Shown: piece after piece, positions 54,446-64,000 of the stretch
How positions within the stretch are numbered: the stretch's first letter is position 1
Layout: each line of letters opens with the position of its first letter
Source of the DNA: Salpingoeca rosetta
Taxonomy: Eukaryota > Protista > Choanoflagellata
Reading direction: 5' to 3'
NCBI GenBank assembly: GCA_033442325.1
Contig: JAWQFM010000017.1
Coordinates: 919,125 to 983,124 of the forward strand
DNA length: 64,000 nt
Position numbers and translations under genes: made by a program
Notes under the pieces: model-generated
The model's database searches: none
What the model was told of the DNA's origin: nothing
The model's input: only the letters and a program-made list of their open reading frames with translations

Positions 54446-56013
54446 ATGCCACCATCACCGCAATGCTCGGAAGCAGTTGCAGGTGCCGCAGACATGGATG
54501 TGGGCTCGCTCGCCGCTGCAGGCGGCATTGTCGCGCTCGGCATCTTGTTCCTTGGCGTCATGCACCCAGATATGGACTTCCCTTTCATTGGGACGGCGGT
54601 GATCCTGGCGGCGACGTCGGCGTACTTTGGGCTGCACGACGCCAAGACGCGCTCCCAGGACAAGAACCGGAGGAGAAAGGCAGAGAGCGCGTTCAAGGCC
54701 ATACGCGACAAGTACGCGTCCATTGAGGAGGTCTCTGACGCCATCCGCGAGTGCGGGTTGGAGTCGTGCAACCTCATCGTTGGCGTTGACTACACAAAGT
54801 CAAACGACTTCCAAGGGCGGCGGACGTTTGGTGGCAAAAGCCTACACCACGTCGATGTCACGGGGGAGATTGAGAACCCATACCAGCAGGTGTCTGTGTG
54901 TGTGTGTGTGCGTTCGTGCGTGTGTGTCTGTGTTTGTGTCTGCGTCTGAGTTCGTGTGTGTGAATGTGCCTTTGTGTGTGTTTGTGTCTGCGTCTGTGTG
55001 TGTGTGTTTGTGTGTCTGTGTATCTGTCTGTGTCTGTGTCTGTGTCTCTCTCTATCTGCGTTCGTGCGCGTGAATGCGTACTCTCCCCCTCTCCGGGCTC
55101 CTGCCTCACCACTTGCGTGCACTGCCTGCAGGTCATTCGGGTCATCTGTCAAACACTGTCGCAGTTTGATGAGGACCACCTAATCCCTGCCTTTGGCTTT
55201 GGCGACATCACAACACAGGGGCACAGCGTCTTTCCCTTCATCAAGGACAGGCCGTGCGAGACCTTCCATGAGGTGTGTGTGCATGTGGGCATGTGTGTGT
55301 GTGTGTGCCTGTGCGTGTGTGCCTGTGTGTGTGTGCCTGTGTGTGTGCCTGTATGTGTGCCTGTGTGTGCGCGCGCTTCTGTTCATTTGTGTTAGCTTGT
55401 GCATGCCTTGAAACATGCTGCCTATGCAATTGCATCACTCAGCATCAACGCGACGTCTCCACCCTTGCCCGCACCACATCACCACCACTGCCACCACGTG
55501 GCATGCACCAGGTATTGAAGGTGTACAAGCAGATCACTCCCATGATCACGCCGTCCGGGCCCACCAACTTTGCACCGCTCATTCGCAAGGCCATTGAGAT
55601 TGTGAAGGAGGCGCGGAACTTCCACGTGCTCCTCATCATCGCTGATGGCCAGGTCACCACCCCCAAGGACACCATCGCAGGTCTGCCGTGCATGTGTGTG
55701 TGTGTGTGTGTGTTTGCGTGTGTTTGTGTATCTGTGTTTGTATGTGTGTCTGTGTTTATGTCTGTGTGTGTGTGCCTGCGTCTGTGTCTGCGTATCTGTC
55801 CTGCGTGGCTTTAATCCACCATGCTACACAATGGCAGTGCCCTCTCCTCATCCCTCACGTTCCGTACCTCACACACCCCGCGCTCCATGTATCGCTGCCA
55901 CCGCTGCATCAGCTATCGTGGAGGCGAGCAACTACCCGCTGTCCATCGTCATGATCGGTGTTGGCGACGGACCCTGGGACATGATGAAGGAGTTTGGTGC
56001 GTACTTGTGTTCG

Positions 56014-56049
<36 letters not shown>

Positions 56050-56085
56050 TGGGTGTGTTTTCGTATTTGTGTGTGTGTGTGTGTG

Positions 56086-56146
<61 letters not shown>

Positions 56147-56714
56147 GCTTTGTGCCTTTGTGTCTGCCTGTTTGTCTGCCTGTCTGGCTGCCTTTGTGTC
56201 TGCCTGTTTGTCTGGCTGTCTGTCCGTCTGTCGATGTGTTTTTCAGTACGCCAATTGTCATCTCATTCACTGCTTCACATCTTCACATCTTCCTCACTGT
56301 ACACCGCTTCCCACCACCTCCCGCCACCACCACCATGTGGCGCAGATGATCGGTTACCGGAGCGGCGGTTCGACAACTTCCAATTTGTCAACTTCCACGA
56401 GGTGCGGGGAAGCCAGTGCTAGTTGGCGGTGGGGGAAAGGCGTCGCAAATGGATACACGCTGTACGGCATACGAACAACCGTCTCCCACTTGCAGCGCAC
56501 GTGTACACACGCACACACACATATGTTCACGCGAGCACACGCACACACACACATGTTTACGCGAGCACACGCACACACACACACATGTTCACGCGAGCAC
56601 ACACACACACAGGTGATGCGGTCAAGCGAGCGGTGTGAGGCGACGTTTGCGCTGCGGACGCTGATGGAGATACCAGACCAATTCAAGGAGATTCGACGAC
56701 TGAACCTTATCTGA
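54446..56714 (+). CDS. Copine/RGLG-type vWA-domain protein with N-terminal hydrophobic hairpin, no C2 or RING domain; multi-exon
   Basis: [21 protein letters not shown]...[68 protein letters not shown] and [11 protein letters not shown]...MEIPDQFK. Start is 54446 or 54494. Confidence 0.9.
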
Positions 56715-57351
56715 AGACACCCACACGCGCATACACACAGGCACACACATACGCGTACACACATACACACACATACACACACATACTCCCTGCCCTCTCA
56801 AAGTAGATGCACAAACACCTATCGCCAGCACGCTCACCACCACCTGTCGTCAATGACGTGTACGCTTTCATGTCAAATGTGGCGACGCCCACTTGCGCGT
56901 TTTGGTTTTTTACCTTCTCCTCCACTTCTGTCATCGCATGGTGATGTATGATCTCGACATATTCAGTCTCCCTCTGTGTATGTGTTACTGTCTCCGCTTC
57001 CCCTTTGTGTGCATTGTCATCTCATCTCATGCCCATGTTCTGGCACCTTCTCTTCTCTGGATAGCTGTTAGTCGCATTCTTTCCCTTCGTGCATTCAACA
57101 TACCTCACTGCTTGTTACAACGTTTGTTGTTGTAGTGCAAACAATGGCAGACACACAATCATGTTCCTTCACTCCTGCATGTCACAACACACCAGAACCG
57201 GCACACATGCGCACGCTTCTTGTGTGATTGGTTGTTTGTTTCTTTCGGCTTCGCTTTCGTTTATGATGGTCGGTTATCAGCGCTATGTGAATGAACGCTA
57301 CACGCACCATGCTCACTCGTAAACAGACGTGCGCACGCATACAGCCACAAC

Positions 57352-57400
<49 letters not shown>

Positions 57401-57433
57401 CATGACAGTACAACCCCTGCCCGCCCTCTCTCA

Positions 57434-59120
57434 TCACTTTGCCTTGGCAGGGTCGAGTCTTCTGAAGGTGAGGTTGATGCGCACACCCGGCACCTTTGCT
57501 GGTGCTCGCTTTGGAACGCTGTGGTACCAGTGGGTGTTGGTGGGCGGATCCATGGTCAGCAGCGTGCCGGAGGCGAGGGTCACGGTGACAGGCACCATTT
57601 TGGTGTGTTTGCCGCGCTTCTGCACAACGTGTGCATGATGCAAGACAAAGTCGCGGGTCTGCCCAAACGTCAGCGACGCAATTGGGCACGCGGCATCCAG
57701 CTCCCGCTCGTCGTCGCGGTGCTTGCCAATAAAATCGGCCCCATCCTGCCGTCCGTGTGCGTTGTGCAGCCGTGATACGCATGTGTGAGAAATCCATACG
57801 TTGGGCTAGGGGGTTGGAAAGAGCGAAGGAAGGCAGACAAGCAAACAGACAGGCAGGAGTTGGATTACTTGGACACACACGCACTCGCGCACACGCACAC
57901 GTACCTTGTAACGGTTGACGAGGACAAAGTTGAATGGCTTTGGTGGTTGGCACGCTGCTTCGGCTTGTGTCTTCAAATCCAACAAAAGCGGTGTCCACGG
58001 CTTACACGGCACTACAAGGAGAAGAAGGTACACAAGTACACAGAGCAAATGCCCATGCGGTAAGCGCTCTCGTGAACTAACCAGCAATGGAACCCCCCAC
58101 GCGCACCATGTGCATTGCTCGCAGCAACACAGTCGCAACAGTACAGTCCGACAACCAGTGCGGTCACTCACCGCGGCAGCCTGAGAAGCTGTACGCAAGC
58201 CCGGCATCGCCATAGGCAGTGGTGCGTCGGTGTGTTTCATGCCACTTGCCAAACACCTGAAGATTAAAGGTGACGGAAGTTTACATGTTGCGGGTGTCAT
58301 TCATTGTGAGCGTGAGTGCAGTCACAAGCCCACACAAGCCCACATACACACCAAAGTACACAACACCAACACACGCACATAAATACACACACACACACCA
58401 AAGTACACCAACACCAACACACACACACACACACACCAACACACACACACACAGGCACAACAAACCTGCACGCGTGTCATGGACTTTGGGTAGTAGTCCA
58501 CTTCACCGGAAGCCTCGAGCTTGGCAAAGAGACGAAAGGCCTCTGCTGTTCCCAGCACCCAAAACAAAACAAGCACAAGATCACGCTCACGAATGAGTGT
58601 TTGAGAGACATGCCGAGAAAGACGATCGACGCACGTGTTAACACAACGTGTAAGCCGTGCCAGTGCGCACGCGCCATCCTTCTGCAGTTCTGTGATCCAC
58701 TCACAACCACCCACGCATCACACCTTTGGAAAACAGCTTCCATTGGCGTAGCCTTAGCCCAGGCTTGGTGATCACAGTTGGGCGCTTCGCAGCCGTCAAC
58801 TTTGTGGACGCTGCGGACGAGGAGGACGAGGAGGAGCCAGCAAACACAGACTGTGCTTGTGGTGGCGCCACATCGTCATGCTCGGCACTGCTTGACTTGA
58901 GTGACTTGGGCTTCTTGGCCACATTCTCCTCTGCTTCCTCCTTTGTGCTGGTTTCATCCACACACGCACTGTCCCTCTTCGTCCCAAGACGAGCACTGTC
59001 GCCCTCGCCACCACTGCCATCACCGCCATCACCACCATCATCGTCCACGTCGTCGTCGTCATCCACAATCACAATCACCTCGTCCTCCTGGCTGCCACCG
59101 CCAGGGTGCTGCGTCGCCAT
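57434..59120 (-). CDS. ALKBH2: AlkB-family 2OG-Fe(II) DNA repair dioxygenase (ALKBH2-like); multi-exon
   Basis: FGKWHE...AYGDAGLAYSFSG, PWTPLL, FNFVLVNRY, IGKHRDDEREL (HxD), IASLTFGQTRDF and HWYHSVPKR...RINLTFR. Confidence 0.88.
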
Positions 59121-59557
59121 GCTGTTGTGGTTTTGCTTGTTGCTGTCCTACTTCTGGTTGTAGATAATTGATTGAAGATTTGGTAAAATATCTATCACAG
59201 GCCAACCCCTTGTGCCCATGTTAAAGGCGGTGCCTGTCGCAATAGTGCCTGACGACTGCTTCTCCTCTTTCGTGCGTTCCTTGTGTCATTCCTCGTTTAT
59301 TCTCAAGCTTGAAGGGTAAAATGATTGTGCGCTCACGAAGCAAAGAAGCAAAGTCCACAAGTTAGAAGCGGTGTCCCGTTGATGTTCAAATTACACAGGC
59401 CGATGGGTCAGAAAGAGATGGTCAAGGAAGCCGGAACACGAACGCTATAGCGTATTGCATGTCTGAATACATACATGAAAGCGGTGAAGACGTGGGAATA
59501 GAACACAGGAGAACATCGTACAACGAAGGTAAAGTCGCCGGCAGTGCCAGCAGGGCA

Positions 59558-62500
59558 TCACATGTAGGCATCAACAAAGCTGGCCACCACGACCACGGCC
59601 GGATCTGGCATGTCTGCGAGAAAGGAGAGAATGTCCAGCTGCCCCTGCGAAGACGAGAAGCACATGTCCAAGCACTGCTCAAACACAGCGTGCCTGGTTG
59701 TATCCAGCTTCGTGCTGCACCGGCGTGCGTCACTGCCATTGCGGTTGGCCCCAGCCTCTGTCTCCCGCAGGGCGTGAAGCACCCCCAGGGACAACTGCCG
59801 GAACGCAGCGCTGCAATCGCGTTGCGCAGAAGGCGCGCCTTCCTCCTCCTCCTCCTCCTCCTCCTCCTCCTCCTCCCCCTGCTGTTGCTGCTGTGCATGC
59901 TGTTGGAGGTGAGGTCCATCGTCACGCTTCTCCTTCGTCGCCGTCTTCTTCGTCGCCGCCTTCTCGCTGAGTGCAAAGCCGGCATGCAGAAGCCACTCTG
60001 CATATGTGTGATCGGCAACACGCTCGTCATCAAAGGCAAATCTGCTGCCACTGCCGCTGCTGTTGTGGCCACTGCCGCTGCTGTTGTTGCCACTGTTGCT
60101 GCTGGGGCTGTGGTGGCCCTCAAGTCGTGCATCACGACCACCCTTCGCCTCGCCAGCGTCACCATCTCTCGCCACACCATCATCAGCATCGCTATTGTGG
60201 CCAGATGAAGCGAGGGCAGCAGAGGCGGCCGCGTGCGGCAACAGCTCGTGCAGTGGGGCCGTGTCGATGTCAAACCCCGTCAGCGCCAGCACGGCCTGCA
60301 TGATGGCTGCGGTGATGAACTGCGCGCCAACAAAGACGCGTGCTCGTCGCAGGTTCCGCGCGGCGCTGTCCTGCAGCCGCTGGTGCTCGTCGTCCGTGCG
60401 CACGTCGCCGTAGCGCGGGAAGATGTGGTCTGGCTCTGCCAGCAGCGCGTCGAAGAAGTGGATGGTCTCTGCCATCGCCCGCAGCCATGCGTGGAGAAGC
60501 GTGCACGTGGCTGGCCCGCGCAGGGCGGCCCCCTGGTATGGCAGCTGCGCGTGTGCGTTGGTGAGGAACACGCGCGTGTCCTTGGCGGCAAAGTGGCCCA
60601 CCACCTTGGTGGCCAGCCGGCACGCGCTCTCCACCTTCTGCTTGATGGTGCGCTGCAGGACGGCGAGCGGCAGCGGCCTGAGGAAGGGCAGGTCCTCCAC
60701 GCAGATGCGCATGCACGTGTCGTACAGGGCAGCGAGGGTGCTGTTGTTGGTGGGCAGGAAGGGGGTGCATGCCCGGATGCAGGTACACACGTGCAGCAGG
60801 TGCACCTCGTCAAGCCAGGGCCCCAGGATGTCCATGGCGACAACGCAGGCGAGAAACTCGTTCAGGCCGGGTGTCTCTGCGTGGAAGGGCAGCACTGCAC
60901 CGGGCGCAAAGCCAAACAGGCGGTAACACAGCTGCTGCGCGATGGCCCGCTTCTCCTTGCGCACGGCCGGGGTGAGGGCGCCCGACCAGCCCCACACGTG
61001 CTCGCGGTGGCTGATGGTGCGCAGACCGTGCGTCTGCTCCACATCCTCCCGCCACCACAACATGACGCAGCCCACTGCCGTCATCACCTCGTCATCCTCA
61101 TCGCCGCCGCCGTCGCCTGAGCGGGGTGCAGGGGACAGGCTCGGTGTTCGCGTCGATGGCGGGGTCATCATGGCTGGCGACAGCAGCGTGTTGGCCAAGG
61201 GGAGGCTTGGCGTTGGATTTTTGTGCTTTGCGTCGGTCGCAGGCGTAGCCTTCTTGTGCGCTGCTGTTGAGTGGTTGGTGGCATGCATTGGTGTCGTCAG
61301 TGCTGCCATGGCGGGGCTGCTGATGCTGCGGTGGTAATGTTTGTGAGGGCCTGCGTCGTCGCTGCTGCGCTTGCCAGCAAACCTGCCAGATGTGCTCTTG
61401 AGGCGGCGCATGCGTCGGCTGTCCTGGCTGATGTCGTCGTGGCCGGGGAGCGGCACGCCGGCCATAAGGGCCAGGCCCCGCGGTCGACAAAGCGCGGCTT
61501 TGCGGGCCTCGTGGCATCCATGCAGTGGCATGAGCTGCGGCATTGCCTCGACACGCTGCACCGTGTAGTCCTGCAGCAAGCTCGCTCTCTCCTGCCGCCT
61601 GCGCCTCTGCCATCGCCGGAGGCTAGCCGTGTTCTTGCTTGAGTGAATGGATGATGAGTGAATGGATGATGAGTGGATGGATGATGAGCGCGTGTGCGAG
61701 CTGGTGTCGTCGTGCGTCTCGGCGCGTGCGTCACCCTCGATGGCTTTGCCAAAGCTCTCACAGCAGGGATGTTCTTGGGACTTGCCATCTTGTTCTTGGT
61801 GGTGGTGGTGGTGGTGGTGTCTGTAGCCATGTGCGTGTGATGATCCTGCTTCTCGCGCACCTCCTCCTTGTTGTCGTTCTGCTGCTGCTGTTGCTGTTGC
61901 TTCTTCTTCGTCCACCTCTTCCTGGTCTTGTGGGTCGTGGCGCGGTTCACCCCGTTGAAGATCGGCTGGCGACGGCAGTGGGATGAGGCGGGCCCGGTGC
62001 AGGAGCGGGAGGAGGAACGGCGCAATGTGCTCGTGCGTCTGCAGGAAGACTGTTTCCCGGAAGATGCTTGCGAGGAACACGGGCGCATCGGCGACAATGT
62101 CTTCTTGAGTGGCGTTGAAGATGTGAGGTGCTGGCTGAGCGCAGTGGTTGTTGTTGTTGTGGCTGCTGCTGTGGTGATTGCTGCGGTGGTGGCGACGGTG
62201 CGCTGATGCGCTTCCAACTAGTTGTGGTTGCTGGTGCTGGTGCTGTTGGTGCTGTTGGTGTTGGGTGGCGATGGCAACAACTGCAAGCTCCGCAATCTTG
62301 AAGATGACCTCTGGCGGAATGCTCAAGGCCATGGCTTGGAACGCGCACGCGACGTGGCCGGCAAGCGTGTGTACTTGGCGCTCCATGGCGGCGGTGAGCG
62401 TCAGCACGCTGGCATATGCAGGGGCCGTGAACATGACTTCGCGATGCTGGTTGAGCATGGCTGCATGTACGTTCATGTGTGCCGTGGCCTCGTGCCAGGA

Positions 62501-62662
62501 GGCAGGAAGGAAGGGCGTATTGGGGCAAGGGCTGGGGCAGGCAACGCGAAACTGAACACGCCGCCGCCCTCCTTCTTTCACACCTCCGACTCTCAGCAGG
62601 TGGCGTGTGTGCTCTGTGCTTCTTTGTAAGTGAGCGGTGGTTTGCATCAACACCCACAACAC
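59558..62662 (-). CDS. Long intronless hypothetical protein; real start may be downstream (~62476)
   Basis: 1034-codon uninterrupted ORF with coding-like composition and no microsatellite introns. No family recognised. Confidence 0.7.
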   Translation of the reverse strand: MLWVLMQTTAHLQRSTEHTRHLLRVGGVKEGGRRRVQFRVACPSPCPNTPFLPASWHEATAHMNVHAAMLNQHREVMFTAPAYASVLTLTAAMERQVHTLAGHVACAFQAMALSIPPEVIFKIAELAVVAIATQHQQHQQHQHQQPQLVGSASAHRRHHRSNHHSSSHNNNNHCAQPAPHIFNATQEDIVADAPVFLASIFRETVFLQTHEHIAPFLLPLLHRARLIPLPSPADLQRGEPRHDPQDQEEVDEEEATATAAAERQQGGGAREAGSSHAHGYRHHHHHHHQEQDGKSQEHPCCESFGKAIEGDARAETHDDTSSHTRSSSIHSSSIHSSSIHSSKNTASLRRWQRRRRQERASLLQDYTVQRVEAMPQLMPLHGCHEARKAALCRPRGLALMAGVPLPGHDDISQDSRRMRRLKSTSGRFAGKRSSDDAGPHKHYHRSISSPAMAALTTPMHATNHSTAAHKKATPATDAKHKNPTPSLPLANTLLSPAMMTPPSTRTPSLSPAPRSGDGGGDEDDEVMTAVGCVMLWWREDVEQTHGLRTISHREHVWGWSGALTPAVRKEKRAIAQQLCYRLFGFAPGAVLPFHAETPGLNEFLACVVAMDILGPWLDEVHLLHVCTCIRACTPFLPTNNSTLAALYDTCMRICVEDLPFLRPLPLAVLQRTIKQKVESACRLATKVVGHFAAKDTRVFLTNAHAQLPYQGAALRGPATCTLLHAWLRAMAETIHFFDALLAEPDHIFPRYGDVRTDDEHQRLQDSAARNLRRARVFVGAQFITAAIMQAVLALTGFDIDTAPLHELLPHAAASAALASSGHNSDADDGVARDGDAGEAKGGRDARLEGHHSPSSNSGNNSSGSGHNSSGSGSRFAFDDERVADHTYAEWLLHAGFALSEKAATKKTATKEKRDDGPHLQQHAQQQQQGEEEEEEEEEEEEGAPSAQRDCSAAFRQLSLGVLHALRETEAGANRNGSDARRCSTKLDTTRHAVFEQCLDMCFSSSQGQLDILSFLADMPDPAVVVVASFVDAYM

Positions 62663-63055
62663 CTCTTGTCTTCGTTCATGTCACATCCGTCGTCACAAGA
62701 CGCTTCTTTGTTGCGAAATGGGAACAGGGTGAAGTGTACTGGCAGGGTTCGTGAAGCTTTTGAAATGCATGGAATGTTCCTTTGCTTCACGTTGGGTGTC
62801 GTGGGGAAATGGAAACCATGCAGTTTGGGCACACCTGAGCATTCTGACCAAGGGGGGGGGGTTGTATGCAAGAACAAGTGATGGCGACATCATGTCCCCA
62901 AGACAACAGTGGCAATGACAACAACCAGCACCATGTCAATGCTACCCGTCACAACTTTAGGAATTCATAATGTAATGCAGGTAAGTGTGCATGAACACGC
63001 AAAGCGCAGACAAGAATACAGCGCAAGTCAACATAATCATCACGTCGCATTGTTG

Positions 63056-64000
<945 letters not shown>

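Noticed and set aside
59459-61120. Plus-strand ORFs opposite the 1034-aa ORF
   Set aside because: Shadow ORFs with no independent coding signal.

Overview
Eukaryotic, gene-dense, intron-rich DNA. The introns are packed with (TG)n/(CA)n, (TCTG)n, (CTCA)n and (TTGG)n microsatellites, and the exons are GC-rich. The style and gene content (HIS6 present alongside animal-type CCM2) point to a choanoflagellate, most likely Salpingoeca rosetta; this is an inference. Reading exons across GT-AG junctions by hand gives about 19 genes: BABAM2/BRE-like (partial), CCM2-like, an NSUN/RsmB m5C methyltransferase, HIS6, a mitochondrial-type ValRS, a spinster-like MFS transporter (interrupted by an N gap), an intronless LRR-Ig-EGF-TM-TIR receptor, RFC4, an intronless glycine-zipper protein, an intronless secreted 7-repeat beta-propeller, a Golvesin-C/CBM-like membrane protein, a 3beta-HSD/SDR fused to a duplicated 4-TM module, an OMA1-like M48 peptidase, an unknown protein, YIPF1/2, an RGLG-type copine vWA protein, ALKBH2, a 1034-codon orphan ORF and a partial RNA-ligase-family gene. 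The most notable feature is the Toll-like receptor architecture at 24988-28587. Its TIR domain resembles the SARM1 NADase TIR and retains the equivalent catalytic Glu. It begins a 13-kb stretch rich in intronless or nearly intronless surface, secreted and effector-like genes. All homology calls come from motif recognition by eye; no database searches were run. Exon coordinates are approximate.
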